From: Actinomycetes bacterium
GTDB taxonomy: Bacteria > Actinomycetota > Actinomycetes > S36-B12
Assembly (NCBI GenBank): GCA_965278945.1
Contig: OZ257128.1
Location: forward strand, 1,261,982 to 1,325,981
Length of the DNA stretch: 64,000 nt
Direction of reading: 5' to 3'
Made by a program: the position numbers and the translations under genes
Part shown: piece by piece, positions 40,243-50,803 of the stretch
How positions within the stretch are numbered: position 1 is the first letter of the stretch
How the letters are laid out: each line of letters opens with the position of its first letter
Notes under the pieces: generated by a model
What the model was told of the DNA's origin: nothing
Seen by the model: only the letters and a program-made list of their open reading frames with translations
Databases searched by the model: none

Positions 40243-42918
40243 GTGGACTCCGCCGAGATCCGTAGCAGGTTCCTGCGCTATTTCGCCGATCGTGGGCATC
40301 AGGTCATCCCGTCGGCGTCGTTGCTGCTCGACGATCCGACGCTGCTGTTCGTCAACGCTGGCATGGTGCCCTTCAAGCCCTACTTCCTCGGCGAGGCGCC
40401 CCCGCCGTACCCGCGGGCGACGAGCGTCCAGAAGGTCGTGCGCACAGGCGATATCGAGGAGGTCGGCAAGACGGCCCGTCATGCGTCGTTCTTCCAGATG
40501 GCCGGCAACTTCTCCTTCGGCGACTACTTCAAGCAAGAGGCCATCCCGTTCGCCTGGGAGTTGCTGACCACTCCGGTGAGCGACGGCGGCTACGGGTTCC
40601 CCGAGGAGAAGCTCTGGGTCACCGTCTACCTCGACGACGACGAGGCCATCGACATCTGGCACAAGCAGGTCGGCGTGCCGCTCGACCGCATCCAGCGACG
40701 CGGGATGCTCGACAACTTCTGGTCGATGATGGTTCCCGGTCCGTGCGGGCCGTGCTCGGAGATCTACTACGACCGCGGTCCCGAGCATGGGCGCGAGGGC
40801 GGGCCGATCGCCGACGAGGATCGCTACCTCGAGGTGTGGAACCTGGTCTTCATGCAGAACCTGCGCGGCGAGGGCCCGGCCAAGGAGGGCTACCCGATCC
40901 TCGGCGACCTGCCCGCCAAGAACATCGATACCGGCATGGGCCTCGAGCGCATGGCGACCATCCTCCAGGGCGTCGACAACCTCTACGAGATCGACACCAC
41001 GCGCGGCATTCTCGATCGAGCCAGCGAGCTGACCGGCGCGAAGTACGGCGCGAACGAGCGCGACGACATCGCGCTCCGAGTCGTCGCCGACCATGCGCGC
41101 ACGTGCGTGTTCCTCATCGGCGACGGTGTCATCCCGGGGAACGAGGGCCGCGGGTACGTGCTGCGCCGACTCATGCGCCGGACGATCCGGATGATGCGCC
41201 TGCTCGGCGCTCACGAGCCGACGATGAGCGAGCTCGTCGATTCCACCGTCCTCACGATGGCGCCGCAGTACCCCGAGCTCAATGACGAGCACAACCGCGT
41301 GCGCACGATCGCCGTGGGCGAGGAGGCGACCTTCCTGCAGACTCTGCGTACGGGAACGACGATCTTCGACACGGCCGCAGCAGGCGTGCGCGCTGGCGGC
41401 GGAACCCTGCTCTCCGGCGACCAGGCGTTCGCGCTGCACGACACGTACGGATTCCCGATCGATCTCACCTTGGAGATGGCCTCGGAGCAGGGACTGGCCG
41501 TAGACGAGCCGGAGTTCCGCCGTCTCATGCAGCAGCAGCGGGAGCGCGCGAAGGCCGACTCCCGCGCCCGAAAGAGCGGCCTGGTGGCCACGACCGCGTA
41601 CCGCGACATCCTCCAGTCCGGCGGGACGACGACGTTCACCGGTTACGACGAGTCGCAGACCGAGTCGCTGGTCATCGGAATCGTCAAGGACGGCGAGACC
41701 GTCCCGGCAGCGCGTGTCGGAGAGCACGTCGAGATCGTCCTGAATCGCACGCCGTTCTACGCCGAGGCCGGCGGGCAGCTCGGCGACCATGGCGCACTTC
41801 GTGCATCGAACGGCGCGACCGTCGACGTGTACGACGTGCAGACTCCGGTGCCCGGTCTGTTCATCCATCGCGGCGAGGTACTCGACGGCGAGCTGGTCTC
41901 CGGGACGACGGTCATCAGCGAGGTCGATGCCGCCCGTCGTCGTGCGATCTCACGCGCGCACACCGCGACCCACATGATCCATCGCGCCTTCCGGGAGCGA
42001 CTTGGAGACACGGCGACGCAGATGGGGTCGGAGAATGCGCCGGGTCGCCTGCGCTTCGACTTCCCGAATCCGACTCCCGTCTCGGCGTCTGTGCTCCAGG
42101 AAGTCGAGCAGCGGGTCAACGAGGTGCTCATCGACGATCTCGTCGTCACCGCTCACTCGATGAGCCAGCCCGAGGCGCGCGCCCTGGGCGCGATGGCGCT
42201 GTTCGGCGAGAAGTACGGAGACAGCGTGCGCGTCGTGTCCGTCGGCGACTGGGCGCACGAGCTCTGCGGCGGCACGCACGCGCAGCGCTCGGGCCAGCTC
42301 GGCGTCGTCACCTTCTTGTCGGAGGGCTCTATCGGTGCCGGAGTACGGCGTGTCGAGGCGCTCGTCGGAGCCGATGCGTACCAGTTCCTCGCGCGCGAGC
42401 ACCTGCTCGTCAACCGGCTGTCCGAACTGGTGAAGGCGCCGGCCGACCAGCTCGTCGACCGAGTCGAGAAGACGATCGCCGCGCTGAAGGGCGCCGAGCG
42501 AGATCTGGCGAAGGTCCGCAGCGCGCAATTGGCGGTCAACCTCGACGGCATCATCGGCGAGGGCAAGGACATCGGCCAGGTGCGCATCTGGTCGTTCGTG
42601 GCTCCCGACGGGACCTCGGGCGGTGACCTGCGCGAGCTGGTCGTCAAGGCCAGCGGCCGAGCACGCCACGACATCCCCGTCGTCATCTTCGGGGCGTCCG
42701 TCTCCGACGGGAAGGTGTCGGTCGTCGCCGGAGCCTCGCCGCAGGCGATCGCGCTGGGGATCACCGCGAACGCGATCCTGCAGGCAGCCTCGCCGAGCAT
42801 CGACGGCCGAGGCGGCGGAAAGGATGACTTCGCGCAGGGCGGCGGCACGAACGCGTCCGGCATTCCGGGAGCCTTCGAGGCGGTCGAGGAGCTCATCCGG
42901 CAGAGGGCGGAGCAGTAG
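40243..42918 (+). CDS. alaS: alanine--tRNA ligase
   Basis: GTG 40243 after SD AGGAGAG. FVNAGMVPFKPYF, HTATHMIH, C-terminal DHHA1-like region. In frame with ORF 40201..42918. Confidence 0.95.
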   Translation: MDSAEIRSRFLRYFADRGHQVIPSASLLLDDPTLLFVNAGMVPFKPYFLGEAPPPYPRATSVQKVVRTGDIEEVGKTARHASFFQMAGNFSFGDYFKQEAIPFAWELLTTPVSDGGYGFPEEKLWVTVYLDDDEAIDIWHKQVGVPLDRIQRRGMLDNFWSMMVPGPCGPCSEIYYDRGPEHGREGGPIADEDRYLEVWNLVFMQNLRGEGPAKEGYPILGDLPAKNIDTGMGLERMATILQGVDNLYEIDTTRGILDRASELTGAKYGANERDDIALRVVADHARTCVFLIGDGVIPGNEGRGYVLRRLMRRTIRMMRLLGAHEPTMSELVDSTVLTMAPQYPELNDEHNRVRTIAVGEEATFLQTLRTGTTIFDTAAAGVRAGGGTLLSGDQAFALHDTYGFPIDLTLEMASEQGLAVDEPEFRRLMQQQRERAKADSRARKSGLVATTAYRDILQSGGTTTFTGYDESQTESLVIGIVKDGETVPAARVGEHVEIVLNRTPFYAEAGGQLGDHGALRASNGATVDVYDVQTPVPGLFIHRGEVLDGELVSGTTVISEVDAARRRAISRAHTATHMIHRAFRERLGDTATQMGSENAPGRLRFDFPNPTPVSASVLQEVEQRVNEVLIDDLVVTAHSMSQPEARALGAMALFGEKYGDSVRVVSVGDWAHELCGGTHAQRSGQLGVVTFLSEGSIGAGVRRVEALVGADAYQFLAREHLLVNRLSELVKAPADQLVDRVEKTIAALKGAERDLAKVRSAQLAVNLDGIIGEGKDIGQVRIWSFVAPDGTSGGDLRELVVKASGRARHDIPVVIFGASVSDGKVSVVAGASPQAIALGITANAILQAASPSIDGRGGGKDDFAQGGGTNASGIPGAFEAVEELIRQRAEQ

Positions 42919-42922
42919 CCGC

Positions 42923-43393
42923 GTGCGCCCAGGTGTTCGACTGGCGTGCGATGTGGGCACGGTCCGCATAGGACTGGCACGCAGCGACGCCACGGGGATG
43001 CTGGCCGTCCCCCTTCCCGCACTGGCCGCCGGGCCGCAGGCGGTCGACGGCGTGCTCGATGCGGTAGCCGAGTGGGACGCGATTGAGATCTTCGTGGGAC
43101 TTCCCCTCCACATGAGCGGCGCCGAGGGTCCGTCTGCCGAGTTAGCCAGGTCGTGGGCTCGCTCACTTCGGGAACGAACCGCTGTGTCGATCCGTCTGAT
43201 CGACGAGCGTCTGTCTACTGTGGAAGCCCAACGGGGCTTTCGCTCAAGCGGACGTTCGACCCGCGAGTCCCGCTCGCTCATCGACAGCGCGTCCGCGGTC
43301 GTCGTCCTGCAGTCCGCACTCGAGTCCGAACGCGGGACCGGTGAGCCACCCGGCGAACCGGTGCCGAACGGGCCGGGAGGAGGAGCACCGTGA
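42923..43393 (+). CDS. ruvX: Holliday junction resolvase-like nuclease RuvX (YqgF)
   Basis: GTG 42923. LACDVGTVRIGLARSD ... VDERLSTVEA. Confidence 0.85.
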   Translation: MRPGVRLACDVGTVRIGLARSDATGMLAVPLPALAAGPQAVDGVLDAVAEWDAIEIFVGLPLHMSGAEGPSAELARSWARSLRERTAVSIRLIDERLSTVEAQRGFRSSGRSTRESRSLIDSASAVVVLQSALESERGTGEPPGEPVPNGPGGGAP

Positions 43394-44508
43394 GTCAGCT
43401 TGAGTCGGTCATGACGTCAGGTCCCCTTCCGCCGTCTCGCCATGACCGCACGTGGGGGCGCCGGATTGCCGCGCTCGTCTCGATCGGCCTCGTGCTGCTC
43501 ATGGTCGGTGCCGCATACCTGCTCCTGCGCGGTGGCGGCGACGAAAGCGACTTCGGCGGCTCGGGCACGGGCACCGCGGTCGTGGTCGTCGGACGAGGCG
43601 ACACGCTGACCGAGATCGGCCAGAAGCTCGAGGACGCCGATGTCGTCCTCACCGCCGGCGCGTTCATCGACGCCGCCGAGGTCGACGATCGGGCGGCGTC
43701 CATCGGCCCGGGCAAGTACACGCTCCGCAAGCAGATGAGCGCGGATGCAGCGCTCGAGCTGATGCTCGATCCGCAGTCGCGGGCCGACAGCAGGCTCGTC
43801 CTGCCTGAAGGACTGCGGCTCGAGCAGACGGTGTCCGCCGCGGCGGAGGCATCCTCACTGCCGAAGTCCGCGTTCCAGGAGGTCCTGCAGGATCCCGCGC
43901 AGCTCGAACTGCCGACGTGGGCCAAGGACCGCCCCGAGGGATTCATGTTCCCTGCGAGCTATGACCTCACCGGGGATGAGACCGCCAGAACGCTGCTGCG
44001 CAGCCTGGTCAAGCGCTTCAACCAGGCCAGCGCCGACATCGGCCTGGAAAGTCGCGCCGCCGACGTGGGCCTGTCGCCCTACGAGGTGCTGGTCGTCGCC
44101 TCGCTGATCCAGGCCGAGGGTGCACCCCAGGACTTCGCGAAGGTAGCGCGCGTGATCTACAACCGGCTCGACGCGGACATGCCGCTGCAGCTGGACTCGA
44201 CTGTCGCGTACGCCCTCGGTATCACCGACCTCACGCTCAGCGCGGACCAGTTGAAGGCCGCGTCCCCTTACAACACCTATGTGCGTCGCGGGCTGCCGCC
44301 GCGTCCGATCAACTCGCCGGGCGAGGCCGCCATCGAGGCAGCACTCGACCCGGCGAAGGGAAAGTGGCTGTACTTCGTGCTGTCCGATCCGCGATCGAAG
44401 GACACCAAGTTCGCCGCGAGCTACGAGAGGTTCCTCGAACTGAAGAAGGAGTACCAGGAGAACCTGGCCGAGTACGAGCGTGAGCAGGCGGCCGGTTCCA
44501 GTGGCTGA
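43390..44508 (+). CDS. mltG: endolytic murein transglycosylase MltG (YceG-like)
   Basis: 372 aa, GTGA overlap with ruvX, TM anchor, SPYNTYVRRGLPPRPINSPG. Confidence 0.9.
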   Translation: MSQLESVMTSGPLPPSRHDRTWGRRIAALVSIGLVLLMVGAAYLLLRGGGDESDFGGSGTGTAVVVVGRGDTLTEIGQKLEDADVVLTAGAFIDAAEVDDRAASIGPGKYTLRKQMSADAALELMLDPQSRADSRLVLPEGLRLEQTVSAAAEASSLPKSAFQEVLQDPAQLELPTWAKDRPEGFMFPASYDLTGDETARTLLRSLVKRFNQASADIGLESRAADVGLSPYEVLVVASLIQAEGAPQDFAKVARVIYNRLDADMPLQLDSTVAYALGITDLTLSADQLKAASPYNTYVRRGLPPRPINSPGEAAIEAALDPAKGKWLYFVLSDPRSKDTKFAASYERFLELKKEYQENLAEYEREQAAGSSG

Positions 44509-45316
44509 GGCACCGCAGTCGTCACGTCATCGCGCCGCGGTTCTGGGCTCGCCCATCGAGCATTCCCTCTCGCCCCTGCTTCACCGAGCCGCGTACGCCG
44601 ACCTCGGCCTCGACTGGCAGTACGACGCCATCGAGGTCGACGAGCACACGCTGAAGGACTTCCTTGCCGGGCTCGACGACTCGTGGGCTGGCCTGTCGCT
44701 CACCATGCCGCTGAAGGAGCGCGTCATCTCGTACCTCGACGTGGTGGACGACCTGGCTGCAGAGATCAGGTCGGTCAACACGGTCATCCCGAGCGCCGGC
44801 GGCTGGCGCGGCACGAACACCGATGTCGTCGGCATGGTCCGAGCCCTGCGCGAGGCCGGGGTTCAGGGCGAGCTGAAGTACGGCACGGTCCTCGGCTCGG
44901 GGGCCACCGCGCGCAGTGCCGTCGCTGCCATGGCCGAACTCGGAGTCGAGATCGTCACGGTGCATGCGCGCAACTCTGAGACATCTCGCGCGGTCGCCGA
45001 ACTGGCCATCCGGCTCGGCGTCGAGGGCCGCACCACCGACCTTCAGCCCGACCTGCGCGCACTCGAGGCCGATGTCGTCATCTCGACGCTGCCGGGAGAC
45101 GCGGCCGAGCCGTGGGTGCGCTTCGCCGATGGTGCACGCGGAACACTCCTGGACGTCTCGTATCACCCGTGGCCGACTCCGCTGGCGGCCACCTGGCGCA
45201 CCCGCGCGGTCGCCAGCGGCCGCGATCTGCTGCTGTGGCAGGCCGTCGAGCAGGTCCGGCTCATGACCGGCCGCGAGCCCAATCCCGTGGTTATGGCGGC
45301 CGCGCTGCCCGCCTGA
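44480..45316 (+). CDS. aroE: shikimate dehydrogenase
   Basis: AAVLGSPIEHSLSPLLH. Alternative start GTG 44501. Confidence 0.85.
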   Translation: MSRRPVPVAEAPQSSRHRAAVLGSPIEHSLSPLLHRAAYADLGLDWQYDAIEVDEHTLKDFLAGLDDSWAGLSLTMPLKERVISYLDVVDDLAAEIRSVNTVIPSAGGWRGTNTDVVGMVRALREAGVQGELKYGTVLGSGATARSAVAAMAELGVEIVTVHARNSETSRAVAELAIRLGVEGRTTDLQPDLRALEADVVISTLPGDAAEPWVRFADGARGTLLDVSYHPWPTPLAATWRTRAVASGRDLLLWQAVEQVRLMTGREPNPVVMAAALPA

Positions 45317-45373
45317 CCTCGTCCGTCGCGACCGTGGTCAGCACGCGTGCTCCCATCTGGAAGGATTGCGCGC

Positions 45374-46558
45374 ATGGTCCGATGGTTGACGGCAGGGGAG
45401 TCGCACGGCCCGGCACTAGTGACGATCGCCGAAGGCCTTCCCGCAGGAATCGAGATCACGTCAGAGCGCATCGCCGACGACCTCGCCCGCAGGCGCCTGG
45501 GTGCCGGACGCGGCGCACGGATGAAGTTCGAGCGTGACGAGGTGCGCCTTCTCGGCGGTGTCCGTCACGGCGTGACCCTCGGCGGTCCCGTGGCGATCGA
45601 GGTCGGCAACTCCGAGTGGCCCAAGTGGGAGCAGGTGATGTCTCCCGATCCCGTCGACGAGGCCGTGCTCGCCGAGCTCGCGCGCAACGCTCCGCTCACC
45701 AGGCCACGGCCCGGCCATGCCGACCTCGTCGGCATGCAGAAGTACGGGTTCACCGACGCGCGCCCGATCCTCGAGCGTGCCAGCGCGCGCGAGACCGCCG
45801 CACGAGTCGCGCTGGCCGCAGTCGCCCGGGCGTTCCTGCGCCAGGTGGCCGGCATCGAGGTACTCAGCCACGTCGTGCGCATCGGCGCCGCCGCGGTGCC
45901 CGAGGGTGCGTACACCCTGCCCGTCGCGAGCGACCTCGATGCGATTGACGACAGTCCCGTTCGCTGCCTTGACCCTGAGTCGGCTGCGGCGATGGAAGCC
46001 GAGATCTCCGCCGCGCATCGCGACGGGGACACCCTCGGCGGCGTGGTCGAGGTCCTGGCGTACGGCTTGCCGCCCGGACTGGGCAGCCATGTTCATTGGG
46101 ATCGCCGCCTGGACTCCAAGCTCGCGGGTGCGCTGATGGGCATCCAGGCGATCAAGGGTGTCGAGATCGGAGACGGCTTCCACCTGGCATCGGTACGCGG
46201 CTCCCTCGCGCAGGACGAGATTGTCTCCGGCCCTGACGGCCTTCGTCGCACGTCCGGGCGTTCGGGAGGCACCGAGGGCGGGATGTCGACGGGCGAGCCG
46301 CTTCGGGTCCGTGCGGCCATGAAGCCGATCTCGACGATTCCCAAGGCCCTTCGCACCGTCGACATCGCCACCGGTGAGCCCGCGGCCGCGATCAACCAGC
46401 GTTCGGACGTGTGCGCGGTTCCCGCCGCGGGAGTCGTCGCCGAGGCCATGGTGCTGCTCGTGCTCGCCGACGCGATGCTGGAGAAGTTCGGCGGCGACAG
46501 CGTCGTCGAGGTCACGCGCAACCTGAACGGCTACCTCGACAACCTCTCCGTGCGCTGA
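45374..46558 (+). CDS. aroC: chorismate synthase
   Basis: ATG 45374: [16 protein letters not shown]. In frame with ORF 45347..46558. Confidence 0.95.
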   Translation: MVRWLTAGESHGPALVTIAEGLPAGIEITSERIADDLARRRLGAGRGARMKFERDEVRLLGGVRHGVTLGGPVAIEVGNSEWPKWEQVMSPDPVDEAVLAELARNAPLTRPRPGHADLVGMQKYGFTDARPILERASARETAARVALAAVARAFLRQVAGIEVLSHVVRIGAAAVPEGAYTLPVASDLDAIDDSPVRCLDPESAAAMEAEISAAHRDGDTLGGVVEVLAYGLPPGLGSHVHWDRRLDSKLAGALMGIQAIKGVEIGDGFHLASVRGSLAQDEIVSGPDGLRRTSGRSGGTEGGMSTGEPLRVRAAMKPISTIPKALRTVDIATGEPAAAINQRSDVCAVPAAGVVAEAMVLLVLADAMLEKFGGDSVVEVTRNLNGYLDNLSVR

Positions 46559-47064
46559 TGGCTCCCGTCCTCGTCCTGGTCGGATCGCCGGGTGCTGGCA
46601 AGTCGAGCGTCGGGCGACGCGTCTCCGAGCGTCTTGGCGTGTCCTTCCTCGACACCGACCATGCGATCGAGGCAGCGGCCGGGATGAGCGTGTCAGACAT
46701 CTTCGTCAGCCTCGGCGAGGAGGAGTTCCGCCGTCTCGAGGCCCTGGCCGTAGCGCAGGCGGTCGCCGACTCCGACGGGGTAGTCGCGCTCGGCGGGGGA
46801 GCGGTCATGCGCGAGGAGACCCGCGAGGTCCTGGCCGGCCAGCGGATCATCTGGCTGAAGGTCGGCGTCCCCGACGCCGCGAACCGGGTCGGCCTCAACC
46901 AGGCCCGGCCCCTCCTGCTCGGCAATGTGCGCGGCACCTTGTCCTCGCTGCTGGAGCAGCGCAATCCGGTGTACGAGTCCTTGGCCACCGCTGTCGTCGA
47001 CACCTCAGGTCGCAATCTTCGCGAGGTCACCGACGCCGTGCTGGAGATCGTGCGCGATGCCTGA
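46558..47064 (+). CDS. aroK: shikimate kinase
   Basis: ATG 46558 (TGATG junction with aroC). P-loop GSPGAGKSSVG. Confidence 0.9.
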   Translation: MAPVLVLVGSPGAGKSSVGRRVSERLGVSFLDTDHAIEAAAGMSVSDIFVSLGEEEFRRLEALAVAQAVADSDGVVALGGGAVMREETREVLAGQRIIWLKVGVPDAANRVGLNQARPLLLGNVRGTLSSLLEQRNPVYESLATAVVDTSGRNLREVTDAVLEIVRDA

Positions 47065-48163
47065 GGTCGTCATCCCCGTATCTGCCGAGCGCGACTACGA
47101 CGTCGTGGTCGGCAGGGACCTGCAGACCGCTCTAGTGCCGATGGTTGCGGGGTCCCAGCGTGTCGCGATCATCCATCCCGGCGCCCTCGCGACACGCGCC
47201 TCGGCCATGCGAGCGGACCTGCTCGATGCGGGCTTCCACGTCACGCTGATGGAGGTGCCCGAGGCCGAGGACGCGAAGACGGCCGAGGTCGCCGCGACGT
47301 GCTGGAACGCGCTCGGTAACGCGGGCTTCACGCGCAGCGATTCGATCATCGGGCTAGGCGGCGGTTCGACGACTGACCTGGCCGGGTTCGTCGCGGCCAC
47401 GTGGCTGCGTGGTATCCGCGTGGTGCAGGTGCCCACGACCCTGCTGGCCATGGTCGACGCGGCGGTGGGCGGAAAGACCGGCATCAACACCGCGAAGGGC
47501 AAGAACCTCGTCGGCTCGTTCTGGAGTCCGCGTGGCGTCATCTGCGACATCGACACACTGGCCACGCTGCCCCGCGCCGATCTCCTCGCCGGCATGGCCG
47601 AGGTCGTGAAGGTCGGTTTCATCCGCGACACGTCGATCCTCGACGACGTCGAGGCCGATCCCTCCCTCGCCACGGACCCGGCAGGCACGCTGCTGCCCGA
47701 CCTGATCCGTCGAGCCGTGCAGGTGAAGGCGGATGTCGTCGGTGCTGACTTCCGCGAGACGTCGGCGACGGCGGGCGACGGGCGGATTGGCCGGGAGGCG
47801 CTGAACTACGGCCACACCTTCGCGCATGCGATCGAGCGCCGCGAGCACTACTCGTGGCGCCACGGCGACGCGGTTGCCGTCGGCATGATGTTCGTCGCGG
47901 AGATGGCGGCTCTCGACGGCCGGATCACTGCTGACGAGCTCACGCGGCACGCGTCCGTCCTCGCCTCACTCGACCTGCCGGTCAGATACGAGGCCGGGCA
48001 CTGGGACGAGCTGTACGCCGCGATGTCCGTCGACAAGAAGGCACGCGGGTCGATGCTGCGATTCGTCGTGCTCGACGGCATCGGCAACCCGGTGATCTGG
48101 GACGGTCCGGACCCCGAGGTCCTGGCCAGCGCCTACGCGTCGATCAGCAGCCCGCGCGCGTAG
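47057..48163 (+). CDS. aroB: 3-dehydroquinate synthase
   Basis: ATG 47057 overlaps the aroK end. GLGGGSTTDLAGFVAATWLRG. Confidence 0.9.
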   Translation: MPEVVIPVSAERDYDVVVGRDLQTALVPMVAGSQRVAIIHPGALATRASAMRADLLDAGFHVTLMEVPEAEDAKTAEVAATCWNALGNAGFTRSDSIIGLGGGSTTDLAGFVAATWLRGIRVVQVPTTLLAMVDAAVGGKTGINTAKGKNLVGSFWSPRGVICDIDTLATLPRADLLAGMAEVVKVGFIRDTSILDDVEADPSLATDPAGTLLPDLIRRAVQVKADVVGADFRETSATAGDGRIGREALNYGHTFAHAIERREHYSWRHGDAVAVGMMFVAEMAALDGRITADELTRHASVLASLDLPVRYEAGHWDELYAAMSVDKKARGSMLRFVVLDGIGNPVIWDGPDPEVLASAYASISSPRA

Positions 48164-48173
48164 AGTTCGCGCC

Positions 48174-48611
48174 ATGTCGCATGTGTACGTCCTCAATGGA
48201 CCGAACCTCGGACGACTGGGAACTCGCGAGCCCGGCATCTACGGAAGCATGACCTTCGAGCAGCTCGCCGATGCCTGCCGTGCCACGGCGGCGGACCTGG
48301 GCCTGAGCGCCACGGTGCTGCAGACCGACGACGAGGCCGAGCTGATCGGCTGGCTGCATCGCGCGCAGGACGAGCAGGCCTCGGTCATTCTCAATCCGGC
48401 CGCGTTCACCCACTACTCGTACGCTCTTCGCGATGCCTGCGCGATGGTGACCACCCCTCTCGTCGAGGTGCACCTGTCGAACCCTGCCGCGCGCGAGGAG
48501 TTCCGCCACACCTCCGTGATCTCGGCGGTCGCGAACGGCACGATCGCCGGCTTCGGCACGGACTCATACCGGCTCGCCCTGCGCGCGGTCGCTGCTCTCG
48601 TCGCGGGCTGA
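48174..48611 (+). CDS. aroQ: type II 3-dehydroquinate dehydratase
   Basis: 145 aa with LNGPNLGRLGTREPGIYG. Confidence 0.9.
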   Translation: MSHVYVLNGPNLGRLGTREPGIYGSMTFEQLADACRATAADLGLSATVLQTDDEAELIGWLHRAQDEQASVILNPAAFTHYSYALRDACAMVTTPLVEVHLSNPAAREEFRHTSVISAVANGTIAGFGTDSYRLALRAVAALVAG

Positions 48612-48613
48612 GC

Positions 48614-49690
48614 GTGGCACCAAGCCATCACCGCGCGCGCCGCGACAGGCTCCGCGCGCTGCTCGGCACGCAGGTCGAGGCCGACTGGCTGATCGTCACC
48701 GGGCTGCCGAATATCCGCTACCTGAGCGGCTTCTCCGGCAGTAATGCGGTCCTCGTCGTCGGTCGTAGACCCGCGGACGACGTCATCGGCACCGACGGCC
48801 GCTATCGCGACCAGGTCGCGCACGAGGCGCCTGGCCTGCCGACCATCATCGACCGTGACACGCTCGCGGTGACCGCGGCCGCACTGCCCGTCGGCCCGGT
48901 CGCGGTCGAGTCGTCGATGTCGATCGGCCACGTGCAGGCGATTACCGCGAGCCGCGGCATGCCGCTGGTGTCCACGGGACTGGTCGAGCAGCTGCGCGCC
49001 GTCAAGGACGACACCGAGCTCGAGGCACTCGGGCGGGCGTGCGCGATCACCGTCTCGGCCCTGGACGTCCTGGCCGGAGAGATGGCCCCTGGAGTCAGCG
49101 AGCTGGCCCTGGCCCGGAGGCTCGAGCAGCTGTTCGGGGAGTTCGGCGCGGAGGACCGGGCCTTCGACACGATCGTGGGGTCAGGGCCCCACTCGGCGAT
49201 CCCGCACCATCAGCCCGGTCCTCGCCTGCTGGAGCGCGGCGACCTCGTCGTCGTGGACGCCGGGGCGCGTGTCGACGGCTACCACGCGGACATGACCCGC
49301 ACGTTCCTCGTCGCGGCCGCCCCCGAGCCGTGGCAGGCCGCAATCCACGACCTCGTCCAGCGCGGCCAGGCCGCGGCGACCGCCCAGTACCTGCCGGGCA
49401 GCAATGCCCGAGCGGTCGACTCGGTCGCCCGCGACGTGATCACCGCGGGCGGGCACGGCGACGACTTCACCCACGGCCTGGGCCACGGGGTCGGCCTGCA
49501 GATCCACGAGGCGCCGCTCATGGGGCCTCGAGCGACCGGTACTCTTGAGGCCGCAATGGCGATCACCGTCGAACCAGGGATTTACCTTCCAGGACGCGGC
49601 GGAGTTCGCATCGAAGACACCCTCGTCGTCACCGGCACCGGTCCGCGGATCCTCACTGAGGCGTCCCGCGACCTGGTGGTCGTCGGCTGA
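48614..49690 (+). CDS. M24-family Xaa-Pro aminopeptidase
   Basis: 358 aa with HGLGHGVGLQIHE and metal ligands of the pita-bread fold. Confidence 0.85.
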   Translation: MAPSHHRARRDRLRALLGTQVEADWLIVTGLPNIRYLSGFSGSNAVLVVGRRPADDVIGTDGRYRDQVAHEAPGLPTIIDRDTLAVTAAALPVGPVAVESSMSIGHVQAITASRGMPLVSTGLVEQLRAVKDDTELEALGRACAITVSALDVLAGEMAPGVSELALARRLEQLFGEFGAEDRAFDTIVGSGPHSAIPHHQPGPRLLERGDLVVVDAGARVDGYHADMTRTFLVAAAPEPWQAAIHDLVQRGQAAATAQYLPGSNARAVDSVARDVITAGGHGDDFTHGLGHGVGLQIHEAPLMGPRATGTLEAAMAITVEPGIYLPGRGGVRIEDTLVVTGTGPRILTEASRDLVVVG

Positions 49691-49720
49691 CGGGGTACCG
49701 ACCGCACAGGAGCAACTCGC

Positions 49721-50284
49721 GTGGCGACCACGAATGACCTGAAGAACGGCATCGTCCTCAACCTCGACGGCGGTCTGTGGACCGTCATCGAGTTCCAGCA
49801 TGTGAAGCCCGGCAAGGGCGGCGCGTTCGTGCGCACCAAGCTGAAGAACGTGCTCACCGGCAAGGTCGTCGACCGCACGTTCAACGCCGGCCTGAAGGTC
49901 GAGACCGCCACGGTCGACAAGCGCGAGATGCAGTACCTCTACAAGGACGGCGAGGACTGGGTGTTCATGGACACGCAGTCCTACGAGCAGCTCCCGGTGA
50001 GTTCTGCTGTCGTCGGCGATGCCAGCAAGTACCTGCTGGAGAACCAGACCGCGACGGTGGCCACGAACGAGGGAGTGCCGCTGTACGTCGAGCTGCCCGC
50101 GTCCGTCGAGCTGATGATCACCTACACCGAGCCGGGCCTGCAGGGGGACCGCTCGACGGGCGGGACCAAGCCCGCCACGCTGGAGACTGGCGCGGAGATC
50201 GCGGTCCCGCTGTTCATCGAGTCCGACACCAAGGTCAAGGTCGACACCCGCGACGGGTCGTACCTGGGCCGCATCAACGACTGA
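49721..50284 (+). CDS. efp: elongation factor P
   Basis: 187 aa with [17 protein letters not shown]. Confidence 0.95.
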   Translation: MATTNDLKNGIVLNLDGGLWTVIEFQHVKPGKGGAFVRTKLKNVLTGKVVDRTFNAGLKVETATVDKREMQYLYKDGEDWVFMDTQSYEQLPVSSAVVGDASKYLLENQTATVATNEGVPLYVELPASVELMITYTEPGLQGDRSTGGTKPATLETGAEIAVPLFIESDTKVKVDTRDGSYLGRIND

Positions 50285-50285
50285 C

Positions 50286-50714
50286 GTGTCCGCCCGCAGC
50301 AAGGCCCGCAAGCGGGCGCTCGACGTCCTGTACGAAGCCGACATCCGCGGCATGGCTCCAGCCGACGTCCTGGCCGCCACCGCATCGCGGCGCACCGACG
50401 AGGGACAGTCGTCTCTGAACGAGTACGTCACCGAGCTGGTCGACGGGGTGCAGGCCCATCGCGAGTACATCGACGAACTGCTGGGCAGCTACTCGATGGG
50501 CTGGACGATCGACCGAATGCCGGCCGTCGACCTCGCCGTGCTCCGGCTCGGCGCGTACGAGCTGCTGTGGCGCGACGACGTTCCCGACGCGGTTGCCATC
50601 TCCGAGGCAGTCAACCTCGCGCAGGAGCTGTCGACCGAGGAGTCGGCGTCCTTCGTCAACGGACTGCTGGGCCGCCTGCTCGAGCTCAAGCCCCGCCTGG
50701 CCCTCGACACCTAG
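50286..50714 (+). CDS. nusB: transcription antitermination factor NusB
   Basis: 142 aa. ARKRALDVLYEADIRG ... VAISEAVNLAQELS. Confidence 0.9.
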   Translation: MSARSKARKRALDVLYEADIRGMAPADVLAATASRRTDEGQSSLNEYVTELVDGVQAHREYIDELLGSYSMGWTIDRMPAVDLAVLRLGAYELLWRDDVPDAVAISEAVNLAQELSTEESASFVNGLLGRLLELKPRLALDT

Positions 50715-50720
50715 AACCCA

Positions 50721-50784
50721 GAATTGAACCGCCTCCCGGGCCAAATCCGGGTTCTGTGGCCGTTCCGGGGCGCATTCGCGGGAT
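50721..50784. repeat. left arm of 64-bp inverted repeat bracketing the lipoprotein cassette
   Basis: GAATTGAACCGCCTCCCGGGCCAAATCCGG...GGCCGTTCCGGGGCGCATTCGCGGGAT. 58 of 64 identical to the reverse complement of 51376-51439. Starts 7 nt after the nusB stop. Confidence 0.85.
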
Positions 50785-50803
50785 TTGACCCGCTCCGCGC
50801 GGC

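Noticed and set aside
40075-41868. 597-aa ORF antisense to alaS
   Set aside because: Shadow ORF typical of ~70% GC DNA. Arg/Ala/Gly/Leu-rich, no recognisable motifs, and fully contained in a confidently identified gene on the other strand.
49181-50470. 429-aa ORF antisense to the M24 peptidase, efp and nusB
   Set aside because: It spans three well-supported + strand genes. It is a stop-codon-poor antisense frame, not a gene.
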